64,000 bases of DNA from Candidatus Poribacteria bacterium (GCA_036339735.1 JAYZAL010000077.1:49810-113809), one strand, 5' to 3'. Positions 38,846 through 49,232 are shown, counted from the stretch's first letter. Numbers and translations: made by a program. The notes: a model not told the origin generated them from the letters alone.

Positions 38846-39703
38846 TTAAAGCCGATAAAATTGGCCAGCATTTTCTCTATAAAGCTGTTTTTTTTGTTGA
38901 TTCGAAGCACCGTCGACAATTTCGTCCAAGGCATTGATCCACTGAGGGTATGTTGCGGCTAAAGTTGACACAGGCCAATCACCACCATAAACTAATCGGT
39001 CCCAACCAAAAGCCGATATAACGTCATCAACGTAGGGTGTCAAATCATCAGTGGACCAATTTTGATGATCGGCAGTTGTGACTATTCCTGATACTTTGCA
39101 GTAGACGTTATCAAACTGTGCTAATTTTTGTATTTGGACCGACCACGATTTTCGGTAATTATTAGCAATAAGGTCAGGTGATCCACCAATATGATCCAAC
39201 ATAAAACTAACTCTTGGGCATTGATCAACCAGCTGTACAATTTCCTCTAGTTGGTCATGCCGACAACAGATATCAAAGCTCAATCCGAAATCAGCCAACA
39301 TGTTGATTCCATTGACAAAATTAGAGCTCAAGCAGAAACCAGTTTCATTAATTACTTGCAATAATCTTCGAACGCCTTTGACCAATGGTACTTTCACTAG
39401 CTGATTTAGGTAAGATGGTAGTTGTTCCTGTTTTTCAATTGGAGCAAAAGCCACAATACCTTGAATGCGTGGATCCTTTTGAGCTAAATCTGCCACCCAG
39501 CGAGCTTCTTCAATTCCCTGCTCATCGTCACAATCGCATTGTACAAAGACCATTCGGTCGACATCTACTGGCTGACAATGTTGATCATAATCAGAAAGGA
39601 AAAATGAACGATTCAGTGATTCAATACTCTTTATCCAATTATAGTTGAGTTTCTCTGTATCCCAAAGGTGTAGGTGTGTATCAGTGATGGAAAAATTAGG
39701 CAT
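38846..39703 (-). CDS. Amidohydrolase-2 family protein (sugar-lactonase-like)
   Basis: DTHLHLWD, KGVRR, LDHIG, CKVSG, YGGDWPV. Confidence 0.88.
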   Translation of the reverse strand: MPNFSITDTHLHLWDTEKLNYNWIKSIESLNRSFFLSDYDQHCQPVDVDRMVFVQCDCDDEQGIEEARWVADLAQKDPRIQGIVAFAPIEKQEQLPSYLNQLVKVPLVKGVRRLLQVINETGFCLSSNFVNGINMLADFGLSFDICCRHDQLEEIVQLVDQCPRVSFMLDHIGGSPDLIANNYRKSWSVQIQKLAQFDNVYCKVSGIVTTADHQNWSTDDLTPYVDDVISAFGWDRLVYGGDWPVSTLAATYPQWINALDEIVDGASNQQKKQLYRENAGQFYRL

Positions 39704-39728
39704 CTATTGTTACCTCACTATTTAAAAT

Positions 39729-41015
39729 CTAAAATGCAGTACCACTAGTAAAATTGAAATTGTTGACCATTATCGGTGGTATATAGGTTGAACCGCTGGC
39801 ACGTTGAGGTTGTCCCATCATTTCAATATTGGCTAGTACATTAAGTGGGCTTTCGTTAAAACGAAGATTTTTAACACCATACTGGATTTGACCATTCTCA
39901 ATCCAAAACAGACCATCTCTGGTCATACCGGTCAACAACAATGTCATCGGATCTACGAATCGAACATACCAAAACCGAGTTACTAGCAGTCCTCGTTCTA
40001 CATCAGTAATCATTTGCTCAAGTGTATTGTGATCGCCATCCATAATCATATTCGTTGGCGACCCGGTATGCCTATGGCTAGTTTGATTGGCCCAAAAACG
40101 GTTATAGGCTAGATTTTCTAGTATGCCAGCCTTGATCCAGTGGGTTTTTTCAATGGGTAAACCGTTGAAAAAGAAGGGCGCATTTGGACAAGCAGGATGA
40201 TTGGACTGGCTATACAAGTCAACAGCTGATTGACCAATTTGTGTGCCTTCTTTGTCGGAGAAAGCACTCCTCCCTTCGTGTGCCGACCGGGCGTCTAGAC
40301 TGTAAAACATTGGTCCTAGAATACTTGCTACTGCGGACGGCTCTAGTATTACCTTATATTTACCGGGCGTAATATCCTTCGGAGACTGGGAGGCCGTAGC
40401 CTTTTGGCTAGCAATTTCGACAGCTCTCAATGGGTGGATCAAATCAAGGTTTTCTCCAACAGTCTCGGCCCACCCCGAACTTGTGTTACTCATTACTGTA
40501 TTAGTGTAGCTTGCATAGCTCTGACGGTGGTAAGCCAACAATCCATTAGAGTTAGCAATCGACCGAAAGTTCCAACCAGTTGAATAGTGTCCGGCTAATT
40601 TTAACCCCTTAGGCTCGCACTGTTGAATTGCCAATTGTACTTTCTCGGCTCTTGCTTGAGGGCTAGTCATGGCTGTTTGGTGATCATAAGCTGACACTTT
40701 GGCGTAGGTTTGGGTCGAAACAGGTGGAAGGTATTCACTATCTTCTGCTGCTGACTGGGCTATTTTTTCGGCACGAGAAACTACCTCTTTTAGCCCATCC
40801 GCTTGCAGTCGGTTGGTACTAGCCTGACCCACCTTTTGTCCAAAAGAGGCTATAACACTCAAGCCGCTATCCTTTTGGACTGTATTTTGAGTAATAGTAT
40901 TGTTAGCAAACCGAGTATTAGCTAATTCGGTACCCGTCAAAGATAATTGGAGGTGGTCGGAGTTTTGGTAAGATAGTACCTGCTCAAAAATCTGCTCGAC
41001 TTCTGTTTGTCTCAT
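39729..41015 (-). CDS. TldD/PmbA family protein (non-catalytic TldE-like partner)
   Basis: TRFANNTITQN, PGKYKVILEP, GLLVTRFWY, TGMTRDG, NLRFNES; no HExxxH. Confidence 0.88.
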   Translation of the reverse strand: MRQTEVEQIFEQVLSYQNSDHLQLSLTGTELANTRFANNTITQNTVQKDSGLSVIASFGQKVGQASTNRLQADGLKEVVSRAEKIAQSAAEDSEYLPPVSTQTYAKVSAYDHQTAMTSPQARAEKVQLAIQQCEPKGLKLAGHYSTGWNFRSIANSNGLLAYHRQSYASYTNTVMSNTSSGWAETVGENLDLIHPLRAVEIASQKATASQSPKDITPGKYKVILEPSAVASILGPMFYSLDARSAHEGRSAFSDKEGTQIGQSAVDLYSQSNHPACPNAPFFFNGLPIEKTHWIKAGILENLAYNRFWANQTSHRHTGSPTNMIMDGDHNTLEQMITDVERGLLVTRFWYVRFVDPMTLLLTGMTRDGLFWIENGQIQYGVKNLRFNESPLNVLANIEMMGQPQRASGSTYIPPIMVNNFNFTSGTAF

Positions 41016-41041
41016 TAATTTATCTCCGTTTATTTGGCAAA

Positions 41042-42478
41042 TTAACTCTGGCCGACATTAATTTGTCGAAAACGGGCTGGTGCAGCACCATGTGTCATTT
41101 GCGAAATTTGCATTGGGTCTCCCTTACCACAGTTAAGAATACCGTTTGGCACCCAAAATCTTTGGTCGCAAATCGCATCGCAAGCATTCCAGAAATCAGT
41201 AGTAATGGATTGGTAAGTGACATCCTTTAGCATACCAGTGATTTTACCATTTTTGATCTGCCAAAACGCATCTCCACCAAACTGAAAGTTACAACGCATT
41301 TGGTCAATACTAAAACTGCCCATACCTTCGATGTAAATCCCATCTTTAGTGTCACTAATCAATTCATCTAGAGTGAGATGCTTTGGGCCAGGTTGTAGGC
41401 TCAGATTAGGAATCCGCACAATTGGTGTATTACTCCAGTGTGAAGCTCGACAAGTTCCATTACTTCTTTCCAGATTAATTTCACTAGCTACCTCCCGGCT
41501 TGTGCCGTAACCAACAAACAATCCATCCTTAACAATATCCCATTTCTGTCCAGTTACACCGTCATCATCGAAACCATGCGTCGCTAAACCATGCCTGAGT
41601 GTATTATCGGCCACAAAATTGACCAATGGTGATCCATATTCTAAGTTATTTAATAGTTCTGGAACTGCAAAACTCCGACCTGCTAGGCTCTCCTCGTAAC
41701 CTAAAACACGATCCAACTCTGTTGCGTGTCCAACTGACTCATGAATAGTGAGAGCTAAATTGAGAGGATCTAGAATTAGATCTTTTTTACCTGTTGGGCA
41801 GGGGGCGGCCGTTAGATGCTCAACTGCTTGGTCGGCAACCCGCTCAGTATTTGACAATAAATCACCGGTATCGATGTTTTCATAGCCCATACTGCGAGGC
41901 GGTGGAGCATAAATTCTAGTTTTGGCCATCCCATCACCAACGGCGGTTGCCTGATAGCGAGCAGAGGTGGTGACAACCAAACTTTCTAACTGTGTACCTT
42001 CGGTATTGGCAAAGAAACGTTTCGTTTTACGTAAGTCCATCAAAGCATTAGCTTTCTGGACTTGCCTATTCCGTTTTAAAGCATTTGTAATCTCGAGCAA
42101 AAGTCCGATTTTCTGCTCAATATCAACGTCGAACGGATCGATACTGTAAGGTGTAGTGAATATGTCTTGATGTGATTGTTCAGGTACTAGTTCTATGGGT
42201 TGACGTAAAGTAGTAGCACTAGCCTGAGCAATGGATTTGGCTAAATGAGTAACCCGCTGAATTTCTTCAGCACTAAGGTCATTACTACTAGCGAATCCCC
42301 AAGCTCCATTAACTAAGACACGAACACCAAATCCGATGTCGTCTTTATCACTAATTTGGCTGACACGGTGATCTTCGGTGGCCAATATCTGCTGACGGTA
42401 GTTGGCAATTCGAACATCGGCATATTGAACACCGATTTTTTGCGCTGTATCAATAGCTAAATTTGTCAGCTCGTACAT
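41042..42478 (-). CDS. tldD: TldD metalloprotease
   Basis: YADVR, GFGVRVL, HESVGHATELD, FDDDG, CGKG. Confidence 0.9.
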   Translation of the reverse strand: MYELTNLAIDTAQKIGVQYADVRIANYRQQILATEDHRVSQISDKDDIGFGVRVLVNGAWGFASSNDLSAEEIQRVTHLAKSIAQASATTLRQPIELVPEQSHQDIFTTPYSIDPFDVDIEQKIGLLLEITNALKRNRQVQKANALMDLRKTKRFFANTEGTQLESLVVTTSARYQATAVGDGMAKTRIYAPPPRSMGYENIDTGDLLSNTERVADQAVEHLTAAPCPTGKKDLILDPLNLALTIHESVGHATELDRVLGYEESLAGRSFAVPELLNNLEYGSPLVNFVADNTLRHGLATHGFDDDGVTGQKWDIVKDGLFVGYGTSREVASEINLERSNGTCRASHWSNTPIVRIPNLSLQPGPKHLTLDELISDTKDGIYIEGMGSFSIDQMRCNFQFGGDAFWQIKNGKITGMLKDVTYQSITTDFWNACDAICDQRFWVPNGILNCGKGDPMQISQMTHGAAPARFRQINVGQS

Positions 42479-42862
42479 TTGGTTTGCTCCTGAACAGTGA
42501 AACGAGTACTTGGTTTCTTTGGGAAATTTTATAGACGTAGCCTAATCTAACAGAAATTGGGTTTGCAGGCAAGTATCAGTTACCAAGTCACAATCGCCTC
42601 CAAAAGCAGTAAACTTTTGTTAGAAGAATTGATTTACTCTCGGTATTACAAAGAGAATGATCGCACAAAAGCTGATGTTCAATAATCTTCAGATCATTGC
42701 TCAATTCAAACGCAAGAGGATGTGGTAAAATTTTCGAGTAATTTCACCGAAAAAAGAAGATTACTTGGATAGAAGTTCCGCCAACGACCACCTCGAGATC
42801 AACGAGATAGGGAAAAATCGTTCGAAATAGATCTGTAATTAAGAGGCGAAAATAGTCATCAA

Positions 42863-43672
42863 ATGCTGCTCATCGTATTTTTATTAGCTTCGATTTGGGG
42901 TAGTTTCCTCAATGTGTGCATCTATCGCATTCCACGAAATGACTTATCAGTTTTTTTCCCCTACCGTTCATTTTGTCCTAATTGCAAAAAGGTCATCAGT
43001 TTCTACGACAATATCCCTTTATTTAGCTATTTGTTGTTGGGTGGAAAATGTCGTTACTGTCGGCAGGCAATTTCCGCTCAGTACTTTTTAGTTGAACTCG
43101 GCACTGCCTTAAGTCTAGTTTTTCTGTTTACTTATTACCAACCTTTGTTGGAATTAAGCCAGATTACAACACTGTTAAGAGTTATTATTCTTTTAAGTCT
43201 ACTTATTCCGGTTAGTCTGATCGATTTCGAGAAATACATTGTACCTAACGATTTGATTATAGTTGGATTGATTGTAGGTTTTTTTGTTAATTTTGCTGAT
43301 TCGATTATTAAAGGAAATTTTTTGGTTTTAGGTCAACATGTTTTATGTGGCCTATCAGCAGGTTTAGGGCTGCAGAGTATTGCGATCGCTGGCAAACTAA
43401 CACTTGGCCGAACAGCCATGGGGTTTGGAGACGTTAAACTAGCAGTTGTTTTAGGATTGTTTTTGGGGCAATGGCAAAGTCTAATTTTAGTATTAATGAT
43501 TGCGTCTATCAGCGGAGCAATTATCGGAACTATAGCTCTAATTTGGCGACGAGGAAACGACCGTAATCGAATTCCCTTTGCTCCCTTCTTATCTTTTTCT
43601 GCTATGATAGACCTAGTCTGGCATGAGCAGATCTGGTCGACCTATATTGGATTAATTAGTTGGACTGTATGA
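42863..43672 (+). CDS. pilD: Type IV prepilin peptidase / N-methyltransferase
   Basis: GSFLNVCIYRIP, CPNC and CRYC zinc motifs, IDFE, MGFGDVKL, IPFAPFL. Confidence 0.93.
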   Translation: MLLIVFLLASIWGSFLNVCIYRIPRNDLSVFFPYRSFCPNCKKVISFYDNIPLFSYLLLGGKCRYCRQAISAQYFLVELGTALSLVFLFTYYQPLLELSQITTLLRVIILLSLLIPVSLIDFEKYIVPNDLIIVGLIVGFFVNFADSIIKGNFLVLGQHVLCGLSAGLGLQSIAIAGKLTLGRTAMGFGDVKLAVVLGLFLGQWQSLILVLMIASISGAIIGTIALIWRRGNDRNRIPFAPFLSFSAMIDLVWHEQIWSTYIGLISWTV

Positions 43673-43706
43673 TATAATTTTAAAGAGAAATTGAGGAGTC
43701 TTATTC

Positions 43707-44717
43707 TTGAACAGCATGAATAAATCAAAGAACCGTAGAGAGTTCATACAAATTGTCAGCTTAACCGCCGCTGGCATGACTATTCCTGTCCATTATTTAG
43801 GGGCGGAAAATGAAGCCAATACTGTTGTTGAGCCTGACACATTTATCACTGATAATGACGAATTTTATATTTTACAAATTGGAGAACCAAGAGAAATTGA
43901 TGTTAACCACTGGCAGTTGAGTATTACAGGTCTGGTAGAAAAACCGACCTTCTATCGGTACGATCAGATTCGAAAGATGCAATCAGTGACAACGAAGCGT
44001 ACACTCAAATGTATTGGAGATCCAATTGGCGTGGAGCAGATGTCTAATGCGGAATGGACTGGTGTACCTTTACGAAATTTGGTTGAACCAGCCAAAATCA
44101 AAAGTCAAGCTAAACAGTTCGTGTTTCAGTGTGCAGACGGGTATCATGCCAGAGTTCCTGTTGAGCGAGCCTTGCGGGAAACGGTCTTACTAGCCTACCA
44201 AATGAATGGCGAAGACTTACCTATGGAACACGGATACCCAGTTCGGTTGCTTAACCCAGGTCATTATGGAGTTAAAAATCCGAAATGGATTCTCAATATC
44301 ATGCTAGTGGAAAAGCATGTCGATTATTGGGAAAAGCAGGGATGGGACCCAATTGCCCGTGTAAAATTAGCGACGGTAATACGTTTGCCGGATGGTGAAT
44401 TGCCATTAGATGGTGGTCAAAAAATTACGATTAGTGGTGCTGCGTTCGATAGTGGCAACTATGGTGGCGTTCAATCTGTTGAGGTAAGCACAGATGGCGG
44501 GAAGAATTGGCAGCCTGCTGATATCTGGGCTAAAGAATCACCATTAACCTGGTATTTGTGGCGATTTGACTATCAAGTCCCGAAAGGTATAGAACAGTTA
44601 GAAATTTGCGCCCGAGCCATCGCGAATGACGGTACGGTACAAGGTGTCAATGGGATTGACGATGACCAGAAAGGTGGCATGATCGGTTACCATGTCATCA
44701 ATACACCAGTGAGTTAG
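43707..44717 (+). CDS. Tat-exported molybdopterin oxidoreductase, sulfite oxidase family
   Basis: NRREFI Tat motif, TLKCIG Mo-ligand Cys, SNAEWTGV, HGYPVRL..PGHYGVKNPKW, VEVSTDGG. Confidence 0.88.
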   Translation: MNSMNKSKNRREFIQIVSLTAAGMTIPVHYLGAENEANTVVEPDTFITDNDEFYILQIGEPREIDVNHWQLSITGLVEKPTFYRYDQIRKMQSVTTKRTLKCIGDPIGVEQMSNAEWTGVPLRNLVEPAKIKSQAKQFVFQCADGYHARVPVERALRETVLLAYQMNGEDLPMEHGYPVRLLNPGHYGVKNPKWILNIMLVEKHVDYWEKQGWDPIARVKLATVIRLPDGELPLDGGQKITISGAAFDSGNYGGVQSVEVSTDGGKNWQPADIWAKESPLTWYLWRFDYQVPKGIEQLEICARAIANDGTVQGVNGIDDDQKGGMIGYHVINTPVS

Positions 44718-45343
44718 TCCTCATCGGAACTAGATTGTTCCAAAATTTCTTGGATCTCTTCTACCGATGGTAAATCGGCTAAATTTCTCAGACCAAACTG
44801 CTCTAAGAACCGATTGCTGGTGGAAAAAAGTAGAGCTCGTCCCGCTTCTGGTTTGCGACCAGAGATTCTAACCAGTCCCTTTTCTATGAGCGAATTGAGA
44901 ACACTGTCGCTATTGACACCACGAATTTCTTCAATTTCGGTGCGAGTTACTGGCTGCTTATAGGCTACAATTGCTAAGGCTTCCAAAGCCGAAGGAGACA
45001 GCCGGACTCGAACTTGGCGGGTATGAAATTTTTCTATTTGACCAGCGTACTTAGCTCTTGTGTTTATTTGCCACCCATTAGCGATTTCCGTAAGTTGAAA
45101 ACTCCGTCCGTGTTGATCGTAAAACTGCCGTAGTTTGTTCAGTTGTTGACGGATGATGTGTCCCGACACTTCTTGGTCGAATATACGTCTTAGCTGCGAC
45201 ACAGAAATTGGCTCATTAACCGAAAACAGTACCGCTTCTAAAGCCAACTGGATTTCTGTTTCAGGTAAGTCAGTATGAATTGTATTTTCGCCCGCAGACT
45301 CTGGTGCAATTACTTCATCTAAAAGACTCTCTTGATTATCCAT
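44714..45343 (-). CDS. scpB: SMC-Scp complex subunit ScpB
   Basis: LEAVLF, LEALAIVAYKQPVTRTEIEEIRGV, FGL..LADLP. Confidence 0.95.
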   Translation of the reverse strand: MDNQESLLDEVIAPESAGENTIHTDLPETEIQLALEAVLFSVNEPISVSQLRRIFDQEVSGHIIRQQLNKLRQFYDQHGRSFQLTEIANGWQINTRAKYAGQIEKFHTRQVRVRLSPSALEALAIVAYKQPVTRTEIEEIRGVNSDSVLNSLIEKGLVRISGRKPEAGRALLFSTSNRFLEQFGLRNLADLPSVEEIQEILEQSSSDED

Positions 45344-45356
45344 TCTAATTTTCGAA

Positions 45357-46109
45357 CTAAGCTACTTGTCGTTGCAGGTAAATTTCGGCCAAATGATCCG
45401 ACTGAACAGTCGTTATTTCTTTCAGTCGGACCAGCTCCAAAATCGCTAAAAAGGTAGCGATTTTTTCTGTTTTAGAACTAAACTCCGAAAACAGTTCTGT
45501 GAAACGAAGAGTGTCATTATCAATTAGCATACGTTGTACAAATTCCATCTGCATTTCAACTGTGATGGGGTCTTCCTGAATTTCTTCGTAGTAGTCGTCT
45601 TCGTAATCCTGGTTGTTTGAGCGTACTGTAACCGACTCGAAAGCTGACATTAGGTCGAATAGTGTAGCAGAGATTTCATATTCTCGTTGACCACTGACAG
45701 CTTCTGGTCGACTGTAGGTTAAACACTTTTGGTCAGCGTACTGATCGAGTACTTGACCAGCTTCTTTAAACTGTTTGTACTCTAATAGGTGTTTGACAAG
45801 TTCTTGACGGTCTTTAAATTGTTGATTTTCACTAGTTTTAGGATGAATGGTTGGCAAAATTGACTGTGATTTAAGTTGAAGAAGAGTAGCAGCCATCACT
45901 ACAAATTCGGATGCCAGGTCCAAGTCCAACATTTCCATTAAATTGATATATTCTAAATACTGATCAGTAATGGCCGAAATGGAAACTTCAGTGATATCCA
46001 TTTCATTCTGCTGAATCAAGTGTAATAGTAGGTCTAATGGCCCTTCAAAAATATCAAGCTTGATTGCATAAGTAGAAGTGGTCGTTTCAGTCTGATTCAA
46101 CTGTTGCAT
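45357..46109 (-). CDS. scpA: Segregation/condensation protein A
   Basis: FEGPLDLLLHLI, EFVVMAATLL, TFLAILEL. Confidence 0.95.
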   Translation of the reverse strand: MQQLNQTETTTSTYAIKLDIFEGPLDLLLHLIQQNEMDITEVSISAITDQYLEYINLMEMLDLDLASEFVVMAATLLQLKSQSILPTIHPKTSENQQFKDRQELVKHLLEYKQFKEAGQVLDQYADQKCLTYSRPEAVSGQREYEISATLFDLMSAFESVTVRSNNQDYEDDYYEEIQEDPITVEMQMEFVQRMLIDNDTLRFTELFSEFSSKTEKIATFLAILELVRLKEITTVQSDHLAEIYLQRQVA

Positions 46110-46129
46110 AATATTCCCTATTACAAATC

Positions 46130-47092
46130 TTAGGCCAAGCCCATCGCAATTCTGGCGGATTCTAGTGTTGGAGTGATTTTCTCTTTGGCTCTTTCGGCTC
46201 CATCACTCAGTACGGATTCAACATAATCCAAATTATTCTGTAGATCTTCTCGCTTCGCACGCATAGGAGCAAAATGAGATTCGAACTTAGCCCACAATTC
46301 TTTCTTTGCATCGCCGTATCCCATACCACCAGAACGATAACGATCAGCTAGGTCTTGGGACTCGTCCTGATTTGCAAACAGCTTATAGAGAGCAAAAACA
46401 TTACAGGTATCAGGATCTTTTGGATCATCTAGAGTCTTACTATCGGTCAAGATTCTCATTATGCTTTTACGAATTTTCTTCCTGGAACCAAAAATTTCAA
46501 TGGTATTATCATATGACTTAGACATCTTTTGACCATCTACTCCAGGAATAACAGCAACATCAGGCTGAATCATGGCTTCAGGAATAGTAAAGGTTTCACC
46601 ATAATTCGCGTTGAATTTGATGGCTAAATCTCGAGTTACTTCTACGTGTTGTTTTTGATCCTGTCCAACCGGAACAAGTTGAGACTGAACCGCTAAAATA
46701 TCTGCAGCCATTAAAACAGGATAAGCAAACAATCCGTGATCGGCTGGCAAGCCTTTGGCAATTTTGTCTTTGTACGCGTGGCAGCGTTCTAGTAAGCCCA
46801 TCGGTGTAATTATTGACAAAAGCCAAGTAAGCTCAGTAACTTGAGGAACATCACTTTGCCTGTAAAAGACAGTTTTGGCTGGATCTAGGCCGCAAGCCAT
46901 AAAATCGAGAGCTACGTCTAAAGTTAATTCTCGTAATATTTTAGGATCCCTAACGGTCGTTTGAGAGTGATAATTAGCTATGAAAATATAGGCTTCGTGT
47001 TCTTCCTGTAATTGGATGGCAGGTTTCATCATGGCAAAATAGTTGCCAATATGCAATTTGCCCGATGGTTGAATTCCGGATAAAACTCTCAT
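46130..47092 (-). CDS. trpS: Tryptophan--tRNA ligase
   Basis: SGIQPSG, HIGN, YPVLMAADIL, VPVGQDQKQH, KMSKS. Confidence 0.97.
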   Translation of the reverse strand: MRVLSGIQPSGKLHIGNYFAMMKPAIQLQEEHEAYIFIANYHSQTTVRDPKILRELTLDVALDFMACGLDPAKTVFYRQSDVPQVTELTWLLSIITPMGLLERCHAYKDKIAKGLPADHGLFAYPVLMAADILAVQSQLVPVGQDQKQHVEVTRDLAIKFNANYGETFTIPEAMIQPDVAVIPGVDGQKMSKSYDNTIEIFGSRKKIRKSIMRILTDSKTLDDPKDPDTCNVFALYKLFANQDESQDLADRYRSGGMGYGDAKKELWAKFESHFAPMRAKREDLQNNLDYVESVLSDGAERAKEKITPTLESARIAMGLA

Positions 47093-47130
47093 AATATGTT
47101 TTTCGTCTCCTGTGTCTCTAGCCGGTCATC

Positions 47131-47802
47131 CTAAACTGGATAGCCCACTAGTAAGCCAAGTAGACTACAAATCCCCCTAGCTAGCAACGATAAAAGTCTC
47201 AGTGGGCTGGGAAGTCTAAATAGATGAGGAATAAAAATTAACCCCATTAAAATCGGCATTCCATACTGTTGGAATCTAGCGAATTTACGAGCTGCGGACG
47301 ATGGTAGCAAACCGTAGACCACACTGAAACCATCTAATGGATATAAAGGCAACATATTGAATACAGCTAGGATAACGCTGAAATAAGCCATTAAATTCAA
47401 CAATGATATTAGTCTCATTGCCTGCTGTGATACTAGCTGGCCGTCTCCTGTTATTAATCTTAGACATACATAAATCAGTACGGCACAGACAATATTAATG
47501 GCTGGGCCAGCACCAGCAATAAGCATCATATCTCGCTTGGGATTGATCAAATTTCTAGGGTCCACAGGGACTGGTTTTGCCCAACCGATCACAGGGAAAC
47601 CTGTTAAGGCCCCCACCAGTGGCAGGATTATAGTACCCAGGATATCAATGTGAGCAGCTGGGTTAAGTGACATCCGACCAAGATCTTCTGCTGTTCGGTC
47701 CCCAAGCATATTGGCAGATTTAGCGTGTGCCCATTCATGAAAAGTGAGTAAAACGATGAATTGAACCACATAGATAATCGCCAGAAAGATTTGGTTTTCC
47801 AT
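47131..47802 (-). CDS. Site-2 protease (M50) family protein
   Basis: HEWAH, SLNPAAHID, GWAKPVP, AGPAIN, FNMLPLYPLDG. Start set at MENQ (47802), directly after the cca stop. Confidence 0.9.
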   Translation of the reverse strand: MENQIFLAIIYVVQFIVLLTFHEWAHAKSANMLGDRTAEDLGRMSLNPAAHIDILGTIILPLVGALTGFPVIGWAKPVPVDPRNLINPKRDMMLIAGAGPAINIVCAVLIYVCLRLITGDGQLVSQQAMRLISLLNLMAYFSVILAVFNMLPLYPLDGFSVVYGLLPSSAARKFARFQQYGMPILMGLIFIPHLFRLPSPLRLLSLLARGICSLLGLLVGYPV

Positions 47803-47803
47803 T

Positions 47804-49024
47804 TTAGCAAGCTTTATTTTTGGCTTGGTCAGTTCTGGCTTCGTTGTCCAACTGTTGGGCAAAACGTTCCCATAAAATCTGAGCCAATTTCGGTCCAGCA
47901 CACCAACCTTCATCTATCAAATCTTTCCCATTAATATTGGGCTGGATGTGTCGTAATTTAGTTAAATATTGCTCAATTTGTGGTTGAGGTAAGTGATAGA
48001 CTAACGGTTCTAGCGAGTACGGCTTCAGCAATTTGTAAACATCGCTCGGTTTTGTTCTCCTTGTTAAGCTTCCTTCGAGCAATCTATGTGCCAGCTTTGC
48101 TTGTTCTGCCAATTTTCGTTGTAAATTTGGAGACAACGCGAGCATTTTTTGGGCCTGATTGGGCAAATCAAGTGCCATCCAGAAGAAGTCTTGGGAGTTA
48201 AACTGATAACTGGTTAGGTACAGAGAGGCCCATTCCAAATTCTTTCGAATTCGTTGCCATCTTTTACCTAGCTGGGGAACGATTTGCCATTCAGGACAAA
48301 GAATAGTTTCAAGCCCGAGATCGGATAATCTTTGGATGATTTGGACAGCTATTGGCTCTTCAAAAATGAGGCCAAATTCGTTCTGAAGTCGAGATCCACT
48401 GACCAATTTAATGTGAGCTAGGGCTGACCTGAGGAGTGCTTCCGTTTGGTTTTCAATTTGGAAATTATAACGACTAGCATAACGAACAGTCCGGAAAATT
48501 CGGGTCGGATCGTCGGTAAAACTTTCCGCATGCAATATTCGAATACGACCTTTTTTTAAGTCATCCATACCATCGGTTGGATCGGCAATCTGACCAAATT
48601 GGTCAGGTGTAATCGAAGCAGCAATTGCATTGACTGAAAAATCACGTCTCCACAAGTCATCCACTAAATTGCTGAATTCAACCTTAGGCAGAACACCTGA
48701 TTTCGCATAGGTCTCTCGGCGAGCAGTAACGATGTCAATTTTCCAACCATCACGACACTCCACCGTTGCTGTACCGAAAGGCAAGTGAGTCTTGACTTTA
48801 CCGTGCCAGTCCTGTGCTAATTGCCGCGCCATAGTAATTCCATTCTCGTTGTCGGTAGCGGTGACAACGACATCAATGTCGAGGCTATCTCGACCTAAGA
48901 GTGTATCTCTTACAAAACCGCCTACTACGTGTGGCTGCATATGCTTTGCCTGCTGGCCGATTTCTCGCAAAATCTCTAATGCAGGTGAATTTTTCAACTG
49001 ATTTAATATGCTGGGACTGCTCAT
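47804..49024 (-). CDS. cca: tRNA nucleotidyltransferase (class II CCA-adding/PolA family)
   Basis: VVGGFVRD, DIDVVV, FGTAT, DLWRRDFSVNA, SFTDDPTRIFR. Confidence 0.85.
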   Translation of the reverse strand: MSSPSILNQLKNSPALEILREIGQQAKHMQPHVVGGFVRDTLLGRDSLDIDVVVTATDNENGITMARQLAQDWHGKVKTHLPFGTATVECRDGWKIDIVTARRETYAKSGVLPKVEFSNLVDDLWRRDFSVNAIAASITPDQFGQIADPTDGMDDLKKGRIRILHAESFTDDPTRIFRTVRYASRYNFQIENQTEALLRSALAHIKLVSGSRLQNEFGLIFEEPIAVQIIQRLSDLGLETILCPEWQIVPQLGKRWQRIRKNLEWASLYLTSYQFNSQDFFWMALDLPNQAQKMLALSPNLQRKLAEQAKLAHRLLEGSLTRRTKPSDVYKLLKPYSLEPLVYHLPQPQIEQYLTKLRHIQPNINGKDLIDEGWCAGPKLAQILWERFAQQLDNEARTDQAKNKAC

Positions 49025-49031
49025 GGTCAAA

Positions 49032-49060
49032 AGTATAACATGCTAAAAAAATCGACTCAA
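49032..49060 (-). promoter_or_regulatory. Sigma70 promoter of the cca cluster
   Basis: TTGAGT-17 bp-TATACT with TGn extension, 7 nt upstream of ATG 49024. Confidence 0.6.
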
Positions 49061-49100
49061 TATCAAACCCTGAATGGTTAAAGGACAGTAGCTAGCAGCC

Positions 49101-49130
49101 TTGACACTAAGGGTTAGTATTTGGTATTCT
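49101..49130 (+). promoter_or_regulatory. Sigma70 promoter of the ABC exporter pair
   Basis: TTGACA-18 bp-TATTCT with TGn extension. Confidence 0.6.
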
Positions 49131-49232
49131 CTGCGGCTATCGCCCACGAACAATTTCTTAAAAGTACAACACTAGTAATACTTAACGATTTGTACCAATC
49201 AATAGATTCGACTGCTCTATTTCTCACCCAAT

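Noticed and set aside
39729-42478. RiPP/microcin cluster around tldD-tldE
   Set aside because: No precursor peptide, YcaO or other maturase is nearby, and the ABC exporters are distant and lack peptidase domains.
47803-47913. N-terminal extension of the site-2 protease ORF
   Set aside because: It overlaps the cca 3' end; ATG 47802 gives a normal-length protein.
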